A DNA stretch of 64,000 nucleotides from Candidatus Spyradenecus sp. (GTDB lineage: Bacteria; Verrucomicrobiota; Verrucomicrobiia; Opitutales; UBA953): assembly GCA_045535075.1 (NCBI GenBank), contig JAZSKX010000013.1, positions 70,284-134,283 on the forward strand. The letters are read 5' to 3'. Each line of letters starts with the position of its first letter. Position 1 is the first letter of the stretch. Below the pieces are notes generated by a model. That model did no database searches and was not told the origin of the DNA. It saw only the letters and a program-made list of their open reading frames with translations. Position numbers and translations under genes: made by a program. Below are positions 1-10,285 of the stretch, piece by piece.

Positions 1-35
1 TCTGCGGGAACACGTTTTCCGTCAGAAATGTTTTG

Positions 36-2137
36 ATGTCTGCACTCCTCAATCTATTTGAATATTACGGGTCCGTGCCGAACTATTTTATCGCGTTGGG
101 AGATTTTATCGCTTTTTCGGAAATACGTCGGGCGACAGAAGAATTCATCGCAATCCAAACGGATTTTCCCGCGGGAACGGAAATTTTAGAAGACGCGGAT
201 GATGCGGATGACATTGTTCGCATTTTCCGCCGGAAACTTTCCTCCTCCCGAATGCAAAAATCGCTTCGAAGCATTGCCGGAACACTCGTTCGAGTCATGT
301 CGGCTCAGAGACATTTTTTTGCGGGAACGGTTTCAACCATTTCCCCGATTGACAAAATAGCAGAATTTTTTTCGCTTTCGGAAAGCGAAGTCCGTACCCT
401 GGTATTTTTAGCCTGTTGGACTAAAACTCGCCATTTCGACAATTTGTGCGACGATGTCGCCGAAGGGCAATCCCGTGAAGAAGCGCTGAAGTTTTTGGCC
501 CGTTCCGTTCGGATAGAAACACACGAAGTCAACGGCGCTATTCGTAAACTCAAAGAGAAGAAAATCGTCGAAACTTCACGGCAGCGCTTTCCCGAATTGG
601 CGGACGAGATTAACGAATTCATTTTTGAATTCGACGGGGAAGATTTGGCACGGAAATTCAGTTCGTCGCTAGAGGTACTGAAAGTGTTTCCTACAAGTTC
701 TTTCGAGGTCGAAAACGAGGATGTCGAGATTATTTCCAAGCTGCTTTGTCATGAGCACGGCGCACACATTCTCTTTCACGGGAAACCCGGAAGCGGAAAA
801 ACAGAATTTGCCAAATCGCTTGCCAAAGAATTAGGGAAAGCAATTTTCGTTCCCGCACGTAAAGACGAAAAGAAGAATTCACTATCTCCGGTAAAAATTA
901 ATGCGACGCTTTTTGCCGCAAAAACGGGAGCGGGATTGCTCTTATCGACGAAGCGGACGACTTTTTAGAGACAGTGCCGCAAGGATTATCTTCCCTGTTC
1001 GGAGCGGGCGCAAGTAATCAGGAAAAAGGATGCGTGAACACACTGCTTGACGAAAGCCGCGCTCCGGTCATCTGGATTACGAATAGCATTGCGGGAATCG
1101 ACGAATCCACCCGCCGTCGCTTTGCCTACACTTTGGAATTTTCCGGAGTTTCAGATCGACAAAAGCGCCTTGTCCTAAACACGGCATTGCGGGAAAGCAA
1201 TATACCCGAACACCTAAGCGAAGCTATTTTTCCTCTTGTTCGCCAATATTCGCTTTCACCCGCCGGCATTTCGCTTTCCGTCAAAAACGCAAAAATCGTT
1301 TCCGCGGATTCCGAAGAAAAACTCTTGGAAAACATTCAGCGTATCGCGCAAAAGCATTATTCTTTAATCACGGGAAAGATGCCGTCGGAGAAAACGTTTT
1401 CCGTGGATTCCGAATTTGATATTTCGCTCCTGAATACCAATCCGCCCATCGAAGGCATCGTCCGAAGCATTGAAAACTACCGCGAAGCCGTTTATCGGGC
1501 AGGAAAAACTCTGCCGCTTTCCATGCTTTTCTCCGGAGCTCCGGGAACGGGAAAAATTCAACTCGGACGCTACATTGCTCGCCTACTCGACAAAGAAATC
1601 CTGATTCGACGAATCAGCGACATAAAAAGTCCCTTCGTCGGCGTCACGGAGAAAAATATCGCGCGTGCATTCCACGAAGCCGAACGAAGCAACCAAGTAC
1701 TGATGATCGACGAAGCCGATTCGCTTTTTCTTAACCGGCAGACAGCAACACGCTCATGGGAAATTTCCGAAACCAATGAGATTTTGGCGCAAATGGAACT
1801 GTTCAAGGGCGTTTTTATTTGCACAACCAACCTGCTTGAAAATTTCGATTCCGCATCCATGCGACGCTTCCACCGAAAAATCGGATTTCACCCGCTAAGC
1901 ATCGACGGGCGCACTAAAATCTTCAAACGCTATTTCCCGCAGATAAGCGTTGATGCCTCCGTTTTGATGCAAAAAATGAAAAGTCTTGAAGGAATTTGTC
2001 CGGGAGACTTCTGCACCGTTCGGGAACGGATGCGCTACGACACAGCGACAAGAGCGGAAGATATTTTCGGCGCGCTTGATGAAGAATTGCGTTACAAGGT
2101 TCGTGAATCCGCGCGAACGCCTATCGGATTTTTCTGA
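36..2137 (+). pseudogene. Tandem two-domain AAA+ ATPase, split by a frameshift at about 900-940 (ORFs 33..968 and 974..2137)
   Basis: ORF1 has Walker A GKPGSGKT. Its Walker B (LIDEADDF, 941-964) lies in the frame of ORF2. ORF2 carries a second AAA module (GAPGTGKI, MIDEADS, TTN, MRRF) and ends in PIGFF. Confidence 0.75.
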
Positions 2138-2183
2138 GGAATCGGGACAAAAGCGGTTTTCAGCAGCTTATAACTCAGCGCGA

Positions 2184-4286
2184 TTAGGAAAAGTGCCGAA
2201 AAGATGTTCTTCCCGAAACGTGCAACATTTCATAAGTGTTCGGGTCGGCTTCTCGGACAAAGCGCGATGCCTCCATCAAGCCGGGTTCTCCGTAGCCGGA
2301 GCGAATCTTTGGATAGAGCAAATAAAGTTCGTCTTTGGCGCGTGTTGAAGCCACGTAAAAAAGCCGTCGTTCCTCGTCAACGTCTCCGGATTCAATCGCA
2401 CGTTTGAGCGGGAACATTTCTTCGGCGCATCCGATGACAAAAACAATCGGATATTCCAGGCCTTTTGCCTGATGAATCGTGGAAAGGCGTATCATCGGGC
2501 GTTCCCGCTCTTCCCGATCAACGTCGCCTTTGTTCGTCTCCGAGTTCAGAAGAGTGAGCTGCGCCAGCAAATCGTCCAAGCTCGCGAATTTTTCGGCAAA
2601 GCCGATTAAGCTCTGCAAATCATCGCTGCGCTGTTGCCAGTCGGCATAAACATTTTTTATGAAATCGCCATACCAACCGTCTAAGCCTATGCGCACAATT
2701 TCGGCGGGCGTTCCCGTAATTCGCGGTGTTGCGGGAACGTGCGCTTGAGAGAGCGCTTCCTTTGTCGCGAAGGAAAACAAATCGTCTTCCGCTTCATCGG
2801 ATTCCTTCGGGCGCGTTTCCGTTTCCTCGCCGCGGAACGATTCATGCATGTCTTGAACGGAAATAATAAAATCCGTGTAGTCGTCCTTCGCTGCTTCCGG
2901 GATTTTTTTCAAAACCGCATCGTCCAAGAGTGCCGTAAACAGGTGAATTTTCTTCTTTTCGGCGATTTTCTTTCCGAGTTCGAGGGTTTTGCTTGCCGTT
3001 CGCGGGCCGACTTTTTCCATGAGCGCGAGCAAGCGGGAAAACGCGACACCGTCGTCCGGATTTGCCAAAAAACGAAGAATTGCAACAAAATCTCGAATGT
3101 GCGCCTGTTGGAAAAATTGAAGCCCGCTTGTAATCAAAAACGGAATTCCTGCGCGTGAAAGCTCCAGTTCCAGTTCTTTGGCGTGCGCATGCGCGCGATA
3201 CAAAACGATGATGTCGTTCGGCGAATAATCTTCGTCGTTAACGAGTGAGGCAATTCGGCGAATAACGAGGCGCGCCTGATCGTACGCGTCAATTGCCGGA
3301 ACAAGAAAAGGTCTTTTCCCGCGTTCCCGCGTTGCCCGGAGCGTTTTTGAGAAACCGAGGGATTCTTCCCGCGAGGCGAGTACGGAATTGGCGAAATCGA
3401 GGATTTGGGGAGTTGAGCGATAATTGATCTCGATTTTATGCAATGCCGTTCCCGCGTACGTTTCGGGGAAGCGCGTGATGTTTTCATAATTTGCGCCGCG
3501 CCAAGTGTAAATACATTGCGCATCGTCGCCGACCGCCGTCAGCGAATTTTCCTCGGAAATGAGGTTGCGGATGATTTCGGATTGGAGCGTGTTTGTGTCC
3601 TGAAATTCATCGACGAGAATATGGCGAAATCGTTTGGAATAGAGTTCCCGCACGCTCGGATTGTTTTCAAGAATTTCGAGGAAAAGCTCAAGCAAATCGT
3701 CAAAATCGCAAAGATTCTGCGTCCGCTTTTCCTCAGCGTAAGCCTCGCGAAACTGTGGAATAATGCGCTCTGCAGCAGGAACCCACGGCATACGTTCTTC
3801 GATAATTTCTTCGAGCGGGCGGCGAGTGTTGCGGGCGTAGCTGATTAAATCAAAAATAACTTTCGGCTTCGGAGCATTTTTCCCCTTGAGAAATTCCGCA
3901 TTTACGCGTTTGCAAACTTTGCCGAAGAGCGAATCCGCATCGCTCGCATCAAGAATCGTATAATCCTTTCGACGCCCTACTAATTCCGCATTGGCGCGCA
4001 AAACGCGCTGTCCGATGCTGTGGAAAGTTCCGCCCCAAAATTCGCTTCGCGGAACGCCTGTCAGGTCTTCTACGCGCGATAGCATTTCCGCTGCTGCTTT
4101 GTTGGTGAACGTCAGCAGAAGAATTCTCCACGGCGGAACGCCCTGCTCCAAAAGCCAGGCAACGCGATAAGTCAGCGTTCGCGTCTTTCCGGAACCGGCT
4201 CCCGCGAGCACGAGCGCAAAGCGTTCCCGCGACGTTACCGCCGCGAGCTGGTCGTCATTAAGTTCGGAGCGAAAATCGATCGACAT
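2184..4286 (-). CDS. pcrA: ATP-dependent DNA helicase, UvrD/PcrA family
   Basis: Motifs AGAGSGKT, TFTNKAA, DEFQD, VGDDAQCIY, NYRS, TIHQAKGLE, EERRLFYVA. Confidence 0.93.
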   Translation of the reverse strand: MSIDFRSELNDDQLAAVTSRERFALVLAGAGSGKTRTLTYRVAWLLEQGVPPWRILLLTFTNKAAAEMLSRVEDLTGVPRSEFWGGTFHSIGQRVLRANAELVGRRKDYTILDASDADSLFGKVCKRVNAEFLKGKNAPKPKVIFDLISYARNTRRPLEEIIEERMPWVPAAERIIPQFREAYAEEKRTQNLCDFDDLLELFLEILENNPSVRELYSKRFRHILVDEFQDTNTLQSEIIRNLISEENSLTAVGDDAQCIYTWRGANYENITRFPETYAGTALHKIEINYRSTPQILDFANSVLASREESLGFSKTLRATRERGKRPFLVPAIDAYDQARLVIRRIASLVNDEDYSPNDIIVLYRAHAHAKELELELSRAGIPFLITSGLQFFQQAHIRDFVAILRFLANPDDGVAFSRLLALMEKVGPRTASKTLELGKKIAEKKKIHLFTALLDDAVLKKIPEAAKDDYTDFIISVQDMHESFRGEETETRPKESDEAEDDLFSFATKEALSQAHVPATPRITGTPAEIVRIGLDGWYGDFIKNVYADWQQRSDDLQSLIGFAEKFASLDDLLAQLTLLNSETNKGDVDREERERPMIRLSTIHQAKGLEYPIVFVIGCAEEMFPLKRAIESGDVDEERRLFYVASTRAKDELYLLYPKIRSGYGEPGLMEASRFVREADPNTYEMLHVSGRTSFRHFS

Positions 4287-4306
4287 TTTATCGGAAGCAT
4301 CAAATC

Positions 4307-5035
4307 TTACACGTCGCCCTGCCCGTCCGCATTTTCGCGTTGGGCTTCGCGGGCATCGCGAATGATGCGCAAGCAGAGTTCCCGCAGATCGAAAATTCCC
4401 CGGCGCAATGCAGAGAAATCGGAACGGGAGCTTTCGGAAATCGTTTCGCGAGCCAAAGCTTCTCCAAGTTGTGCGGCAATTCCGAGATACTCATTCCAAG
4501 CGGCATGCGCCCGTTTCATCATCAGGATTGCCAATCCGTTTTCCTGCGCCGAAAGAGCATCAATCGCGAGCATCATCGATTGTTCGGCTCGGGAAAATCC
4601 GGCAGCAAGTGCAAGAATCGTTTCCGGAGAAAACGTCGAAAGAGTTTTGCGTTCCCGCGCGAAGATTGACCTCAAGCGATTTTGAGAAGAATCGACGATG
4701 GCGCGAATGGCGACGACTTCCGTCGTATTCAAAAGCGAATAAACCGGCGGCGGGCCGGGCGGCGGCGTAATCGAAAAATCTTGCCCGAACATTTTTACGA
4801 TTTCCTCCCGAGTTTCGGTTTCATCGCCATCGAGTTGCCACCCCATTGCCAGCGCGCACTTGTCCAAGCGATCTTCGTCGGCTCGAATTTCCAGTGTTTC
4901 GTAAAAACGGCGGAAGCGTTCAGTTTCGCGATCTGCCCAAGCGATAAAATGCGTCCATTCCGTTTCTGAGCAGTGAATTTCGGGCGAATTATCCTCGAAT
5001 CCTCCGTTGGAGCTACCTTCAAAATCTTTTTTCAT
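4307..5035 (-). CDS. Hypothetical protein
   Basis: Open frame filling the gap between cysE and the helicase on the same strand; ATG at 5035 (MKKDFEG); no recognised motif. Confidence 0.65.
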   Translation of the reverse strand: MKKDFEGSSNGGFEDNSPEIHCSETEWTHFIAWADRETERFRRFYETLEIRADEDRLDKCALAMGWQLDGDETETREEIVKMFGQDFSITPPPGPPPVYSLLNTTEVVAIRAIVDSSQNRLRSIFARERKTLSTFSPETILALAAGFSRAEQSMMLAIDALSAQENGLAILMMKRAHAAWNEYLGIAAQLGEALARETISESSRSDFSALRRGIFDLRELCLRIIRDAREAQRENADGQGDV

Positions 5036-5049
5036 GAAAATCCTTTTAC

Positions 5050-5868
5050 TTAACACGGCAAACGATGATTCATGCCGCCTGCCGGGTCGGCTTCTTGCGC
5101 CGTGCCGACAATGCGCGCGGGAACGCCGGCAACAGTCGCGTGCGCGGGAACGTCATCAAGCACCACCGAACCGGCGCCGACTTTCGCACAGTGGCCGATT
5201 TCGATATTTCCGAGAATTTTGGCTCCGGCGCCGATGAGCACGCCGGAGCGCACTTTCGGGTGGCGATCTCCGCGCGTTTTTCCCGTACCGCCGAGCGTTA
5301 CCGCATGCAAAATCGAGACATTATCTTCGACAACGGCGGTTTCTCCCGCAACGAAACCCGTCGCGTGGTCAAGCAGTATTCCGCATCCGAATTTTGCCGC
5401 CGGATGAATGTCGACGGAAAGTTTTTCCGAAACCTTGCTTTGAATAAAATGCGCGATATAGCGACGCGATCGATTCCAAAAATAGTGCGCGACGCGATGC
5501 GCGGAAATGGCGAGGAATCCTTTATACCAAAGGAACGGAACCAACAACGATTCACACGCGGGATCGCGCTCCACGGTTGCAAAAATATCGTTTCGGCAGC
5601 TCCGGGCAATTGTAGAATCATGCGCAAAGGCTTCGAGGCAAAGCGCGGCAATCGCGTTGTATTCTTTTTCGGTTGAAGCTAATTTGTGCGCAATGCGAGC
5701 GCTCATCGCAAAATCAAAATCACGTTGGTTTAATACAAAAGTATTGAGCGTTTCCGCCAACGCCGGCTCGCGGACAAGCATTTCCTGTGCGCGTTCCCGC
5801 ATCTGCCGCCACAGCAAGGCAGTCTCGTCGGTTTTGTCCGAGTCTTGCATCTCAATTGAATCAATCAT
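5050..5868 (-). CDS. cysE: Serine O-acetyltransferase
   Basis: RDPAC, DIHPAAKFG, LDHATG, VTLGGTGK, DRHPK, hexapeptide repeats, GVPAR. Confidence 0.95.
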   Translation of the reverse strand: MIDSIEMQDSDKTDETALLWRQMRERAQEMLVREPALAETLNTFVLNQRDFDFAMSARIAHKLASTEKEYNAIAALCLEAFAHDSTIARSCRNDIFATVERDPACESLLVPFLWYKGFLAISAHRVAHYFWNRSRRYIAHFIQSKVSEKLSVDIHPAAKFGCGILLDHATGFVAGETAVVEDNVSILHAVTLGGTGKTRGDRHPKVRSGVLIGAGAKILGNIEIGHCAKVGAGSVVLDDVPAHATVAGVPARIVGTAQEADPAGGMNHRLPC

Positions 5869-5917
5869 TACTGGAATGGGGGAAAATTAAAACCTCACTT
5901 TTCTTGTTTCGCGACAT

Positions 5918-5959
5918 AAAAAACCCGCAGAGAGAAAAGGAGGAGGAACTCTCTGCGGG
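5918..5959 (-). terminator. Intrinsic terminator downstream of tRNA-Cys
   Basis: Stem CCCGCAGAGAG (5924-5934) / CTCTCTGCGGG (5949-5959), followed by a U-tract on the minus strand. Confidence 0.7.
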
Positions 5960-6001
5960 CAATCCGGGCAAGCCGGATTTGGTTGGATTGGGAGAAAAAA
6001 T

Positions 6002-6077
6002 TGGAGGTGTGGGGCGGATTCGAACCGCCGCATAGTGGTTTTGCAAACCACGGCCTTAACCACTTGGCTACCACACC
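6002..6077 (-). tRNA. tRNA-Cys(GCA)
   Basis: Reverse complement GGTGTGG TAGCCAAGTGGTTAAGGC C GTGGT TTGCAAA ACCAC ... GGTTCGAATCC GCCCCACACC TCCA: cloverleaf, GCA anticodon, encoded CCA. Confidence 0.96.
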
Positions 6078-6092
6078 AAAAATTTAAAATTC

Positions 6093-6121
6093 ACTATGTC
6101 TTTTTACCGCATTCAAAGCAA
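6093..6121 (-). promoter_or_regulatory. Possible sigma70 promoter of tRNA-Cys
   Basis: Minus strand TTGCTT-N17-CATAGT, about 15 nt upstream of the tRNA. Confidence 0.4.
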
Positions 6122-6194
6122 GCGTTTTTTTAGAAAACACAAAATAAGCGGATTTTTGCGAGGAAATCGAAATTCTGGTCGAAGCTTAATTCCG

Positions 6195-6224
6195 CTGACA
6201 AACAGGCGCATTGCGGTTTATAAT
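6195..6224 (+). promoter_or_regulatory. Sigma70-like promoter of yggS (probably leaderless)
   Basis: CTGACA-N18-TATAAT, ending 6 nt before ATG 6231. Confidence 0.5.
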
Positions 6225-6230
6225 ATACCA

Positions 6231-6956
6231 ATGATTTCCTTTGAGCATTTTGAAGAAAATTGCCTGCGCGTGCGGGAACGCGTCGCCGAAGCCTGTCGTA
6301 CCTGCGGGCGCAATCCTGATGAAGTTTGCATTCTTCCCGTGACCAAAAACCACCCCGTTGAAGCGCCGATTTATGCGGCCAAAGCCGGCTTTCCTGCTGT
6401 CGGGGAAAATAGAGTCCGAGAAACGGAAGTTAAACGCAGTGAATTTTTTACACGCAGTGAGACTTCTTTGCGCTGGGAACTTATCGGACATCTTCAAAGC
6501 AACAAGGCGCGCAATGCAGTACGTCTCTTTGACCGAATTCAATCCGTGGATTCGGTTTCGCTCGTACAAAAACTTGATCGACTTTGCGAGGAGCTTGCGC
6601 GGGAACGGCTTCCCGTATTGCTTCAGGCAAACGCCGGAAACGATCCTGCGAAGTTCGGAACCGGAGACTTTGATTCGTTGCGCCGGCTCACCGAATCCGC
6701 TTTTGCGGGAACGCATTTGCAAGTTGACGGGCTGATGTGCGTTGCGCCGATTGACGACGATTCTCTCGAAACGGCGAAGCGGTGCTTCGAAACGTTGCGT
6801 ATTTGGCGCGATCGCCTGGAATCCGAATTCGGGCGCGCGCTCCCGCAACTTTCCATGGGCATGTCGCACGATCTCGTTCCCGCCGTTGCCGCAGGTTCCA
6901 CAATGGTGCGTATCGGCACGGCGCTTTTCGGCGAACGCGATTATTCCCGCACATAA
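6231..6956 (+). CDS. yggS: PLP-binding homeostasis protein, YggS/PROSC family
   Basis: PVTK, GENRVRE, IGHLQSNK, LSMGMSHD, GSTMVRIGTALFG; start taken at ATG 6231. Confidence 0.93.
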   Translation: MISFEHFEENCLRVRERVAEACRTCGRNPDEVCILPVTKNHPVEAPIYAAKAGFPAVGENRVRETEVKRSEFFTRSETSLRWELIGHLQSNKARNAVRLFDRIQSVDSVSLVQKLDRLCEELARERLPVLLQANAGNDPAKFGTGDFDSLRRLTESAFAGTHLQVDGLMCVAPIDDDSLETAKRCFETLRIWRDRLESEFGRALPQLSMGMSHDLVPAVAAGSTMVRIGTALFGERDYSRT

Positions 6957-7010
6957 AGGATTAAAAAACTCGAAAGCCTTTCACTAAGTCTGTAGAACTT
7001 AAATACAACC

Positions 7011-8891
7011 ATGAGTTTGCTCATTCATTTTCTCGGCTTTTTTACCGCCTCAATTCCCGTTTGTCTTGCTGCCGCAATCGCCCGCCTCTTAGGACGCATC
7101 GTTTTCGCGACAATGCCTTCCCGCCGCCGCCTTGTTTTGCGAAATCTTCATCATTGTTTTCCGGAAAAAACGGAAGACGAGCGTCGGGCAATCGCCCTCG
7201 AAAGTACATGTCGCATGGTGGAAATGGGAATGTTCGTACTCGCGGCACCGTATTTTTCCGAAAAGAAAATTCGGAGTCGTTTCACGATGGACGCAAAGGC
7301 GATTGATGCTGTTCTCGACGCTCAAACGCCGGTTGTAGCCGGTGTCCCGCATTTCTCTCTGATGGAAGTTCTCACGATGATTCCGCTTTTTTCGGAATCC
7401 GTAAAAAAGCGCGATTGCGGTGTTTTCTACCGCCCGTTTGATAATTCTTCCATCGAGCGCTGGGTAAAATCCACACGGGAACGCTTCGGCTTTAAGCTGC
7501 TTTCCCGAAAAAAAGGACTCACGCAAGCACTCTCCTTCCTCGATAAAAACGGCATCGTTTGTGTTCTCTTTGACCAAAGCCCCGGGAAAAAGCGCGGCGT
7601 TCTTTCGCTCTTCGAAGACCGAGTCGTCACCAATAGCATGCTCGCGGGAACGCTGGCTGCGGGGAAAGCCGGAACACAACTCATCACGGTTTACTGCGAG
7701 CGGAGCGGATTTTGGCGCGGAACGATTCGCATCGAAAAACCCGAAGTTTCCGAACTTTCCGCCGTCGGCTACACCGTCGCGCTCAATCGCTGGCTTGAGG
7801 GAAAACTCGCCGAAAATTTCAATCTCTGCTCGGACTGGCTTTGGATGCACGACCGTTGGAAAGGGTTCAACGGATTAAATCTCGAACACCGGAAAAGTAT
7901 TCTTGAAGAAACCGTAAGGCTGTACGGCTACGATGCGCTCCCGCGAAAGAAGCGCATTTGGATTCGCCTTCCGAATTGGCTTGGTGACATCGTTATGGCG
8001 TTCCCGCTGATTCAAACCATCCGCGCCGCGCGGCCGGACGCGCAGATTACCTTGCTCGCGCGCAAGCATTTTCTCCCGATGCTCGAATTACTCGGTGTTG
8101 CCGATCGACTCATCGCGCTCCCGCCCAAGGGCAAGGGCTATTGGAAATTCTGCCGCAATCTGCGAACGGAATATCCCGACCAGCACTTGCTGTTTACAAA
8201 CTCGTTGCGCGGCGATGTCGAAGCGAAGCTCATCGGCGCACCGCAACGTTTCGGCATGGTTCGCAAAGGCTATCCGCGCCCGTATCTCACGAAAAAATGG
8301 CGCGTTCCCGCAGACTTGGATTTGACAAAAAATCATCAAACTCATGTTTGGGCTCAATGGTTGCGGGAATCCTGCGGACTGAAACACGAACTTGATTTTT
8401 CTCCGATTAAAATCGAATCGGAAAAACAATTACGCATCGGAATGATTTGCGGCACGGAAAATTCTCCGGAAAAACGCTGGCCGATTGAACGCTGGCGGGA
8501 ACTCATTGCGCTCCTGCAAAAAAAATATCCGAACCTGCAAATCTATCTTTTCGGAACGGCAAAAGACGGAGCCATTACAGCTCAAGTTGCCGAGGGACAA
8601 AATGAAAATGTCGTCGACCGAGCCGGGAAAACCGACCTTCCCGCATATATGCGAGAGCTTGCATCCTGCTGCGCCATCTGCGGGAACGACACCGGCGGCA
8701 TGCACCTGGCAAATATGCTCGGCGTTCCCGTCGTCGGTATTTTCGGGCCGACAAATCCCGTCCGCACGGGACCGATCTTCAACGCTCCGGCATGTATTCT
8801 TCAACCGGAAAATTGCCCGCCCACCGGCGGCGCCGATATTCGAGGCGTTTCCGCTCAAAACGCCTGTAACGCACTCGAAAAATTTATTTAA
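7011..8891 (+). CDS. Fusion: lipid A late acyltransferase (LpxL/HtrB-like) plus GT9 heptosyltransferase (WaaF-like)
   Basis: N-half: HFSLME (HX4E), YRP, LFDQ, WLWMHDRWK. C-half: RLPNWLGDIVM, KRWP, GKTDL, NDTGGMHLA, IFGPT. Confidence 0.85.
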   Translation: MSLLIHFLGFFTASIPVCLAAAIARLLGRIVFATMPSRRRLVLRNLHHCFPEKTEDERRAIALESTCRMVEMGMFVLAAPYFSEKKIRSRFTMDAKAIDAVLDAQTPVVAGVPHFSLMEVLTMIPLFSESVKKRDCGVFYRPFDNSSIERWVKSTRERFGFKLLSRKKGLTQALSFLDKNGIVCVLFDQSPGKKRGVLSLFEDRVVTNSMLAGTLAAGKAGTQLITVYCERSGFWRGTIRIEKPEVSELSAVGYTVALNRWLEGKLAENFNLCSDWLWMHDRWKGFNGLNLEHRKSILEETVRLYGYDALPRKKRIWIRLPNWLGDIVMAFPLIQTIRAARPDAQITLLARKHFLPMLELLGVADRLIALPPKGKGYWKFCRNLRTEYPDQHLLFTNSLRGDVEAKLIGAPQRFGMVRKGYPRPYLTKKWRVPADLDLTKNHQTHVWAQWLRESCGLKHELDFSPIKIESEKQLRIGMICGTENSPEKRWPIERWRELIALLQKKYPNLQIYLFGTAKDGAITAQVAEGQNENVVDRAGKTDLPAYMRELASCCAICGNDTGGMHLANMLGVPVVGIFGPTNPVRTGPIFNAPACILQPENCPPTGGADIRGVSAQNACNALEKFI

Positions 8892-8900
8892 CGACAATCC

Positions 8901-9980
8901 ATGGCAAAAGTTCTGGTCGCTCTCTCCGGCGGCGTTGACAGCGCCGTCGCCGCACTTCTCTTAAAACGAGACGGATACGACGTTCACGCCGCTTACATGC
9001 GTACTTGGATGAATGAAGAAGGCGGGAAATTTTTCGGCGAGTGCCCGTGGGAAGATGATGTCGCCAACGCGCGAGCCGTCGCCGACACGCTTGGAATCCC
9101 CTTCAAAATTGTCGATTTAATTAAGGATTACCGGGAACACATTGTTCAATATTTGGTGGACGGATACAGAAGCGGTCTCACCCCGAATCCGGACGTTCTC
9201 TGCAATCGAGAAATGAAATTCGGCGTATTTGCCCGCAAAGCCTTTGCCGACGGATTCGACTATGTCGCAACCGGACACTACGCGCGCCGTCGGGACAACG
9301 CGGACGGCACTTCGGATATTCTTTGCGGCGTCGACCCGAACAAAGATCAAACTTATTTTCTCGCCCTGCTTCGACAGGAACAACTCCGACGCGCGCTCTA
9401 TCCGGTCGGCCACCTGCTTAAACCGGAACTGAGAAAACTCGCCGAAGAAGCCGGCTTGCCGAACGCCAAACGCAAAGACAGCCAGGGAATTTGCTTTATC
9501 GGAAAAATTCGAATCAACGATTTTTTGGAACAATACATTCCGCAAAAACCGGGAAAAATCGTTAATACTGCCGGAAAAATTCTCGGCGAACACAAAGGCC
9601 TTTTCCATTACACTATCGGGCAACGCCGCGGAATTAACGTGCCGTCTAATACGGACAATGAATATTACGTTGTCGTCGCCAAACGCTTTGAAACAAACGA
9701 GCTTGTCGTCGCATTTGATCATCCGGAAACCGCGGGAACGCTCTATACGACGGAATCTTGGGTCAACAATCTCTCATGGATTAATCGCCCGCTGACGGAA
9801 AAATGCGAAATCCTCGTACGCGTGCGTTACCGAGATGCTTCGACGCCCGTTGTTTTCACTCCGGACGGGAACGGCGGCGCCCACATTGCCTACAAGAATA
9901 TGCAGCGCGGTATCGCTCCGGGACAAATCATTGCCTTCTACGACGGAGAAACGCTCCTCGGCGGCGGCGTTTTTCAGTAA
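8901..9980 (+). CDS. mnmA: tRNA 2-thiouridine(34) synthase
   Basis: SGGVDS, TPNPDVLCN, ATGHY, KDQTYFL, DSQGICF, YTIGQRRG, APGQ. Confidence 0.96.
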   Translation: MAKVLVALSGGVDSAVAALLLKRDGYDVHAAYMRTWMNEEGGKFFGECPWEDDVANARAVADTLGIPFKIVDLIKDYREHIVQYLVDGYRSGLTPNPDVLCNREMKFGVFARKAFADGFDYVATGHYARRRDNADGTSDILCGVDPNKDQTYFLALLRQEQLRRALYPVGHLLKPELRKLAEEAGLPNAKRKDSQGICFIGKIRINDFLEQYIPQKPGKIVNTAGKILGEHKGLFHYTIGQRRGINVPSNTDNEYYVVVAKRFETNELVVAFDHPETAGTLYTTESWVNNLSWINRPLTEKCEILVRVRYRDASTPVVFTPDGNGGAHIAYKNMQRGIAPGQIIAFYDGETLLGGGVFQ

Positions 9981-10220
9981 CGAGAACGCGTCGCGAAAAT
10001 CGTCTACCGCCGTCAAAACGGTAATTCCTCCGCAAAATCTTCCTGCAGAGACAATTCACTTTCCCGCGGGAACGCATGTTTGACGACGTCTTGAGCGCTC
10101 CGATTTTTGCCTCCATGCAAGAACGAATCAAATTTTTCAGTTACGAAAACCTCGTGCGTCAATTCGAAGCCGTGACTGCAATTTCCCGCCTTGCGGAAAC
10201 AATTTGATCGTTGTTTTCTT

Positions 10221-10268
10221 AAAAAAAAAGAAGCGTTCCCGCGAATAGCTCACGGGAACGCTTCTTTT
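10221..10268 (-). terminator. Intrinsic terminator of pfp; stem is an inverted pair of the 9-mer motif
   Basis: AAAAGAAGCGTTCCCGCGA...TCACGGGAACGCTTCTTTT with flanking A/T runs. Confidence 0.85.
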
Positions 10269-10285
10269 AAACTTTAACCCTGCTT

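Noticed and set aside
166..177. Palindrome TTCCCGCGGGAA (also 10061-10072 and 61128-61139) as an operator
   Set aside because: Explained by overlap of two opposite partial copies of the 9-mer; two of the three lie inside coding sequence
5870..6000. T-box leader for cysE
   Set aside because: No T-box consensus (AAGGTGGNACCGCG-like) or specifier stem; the hairpin is adequately explained as the tRNA terminator
4..10000. 9-mer as a Chi or KOPS site
   Set aside because: Counts are strand-balanced (11:10) within 10 kb, unlike polarised replichore motifs; only disfavoured, since the window position relative to ori/ter is unknown
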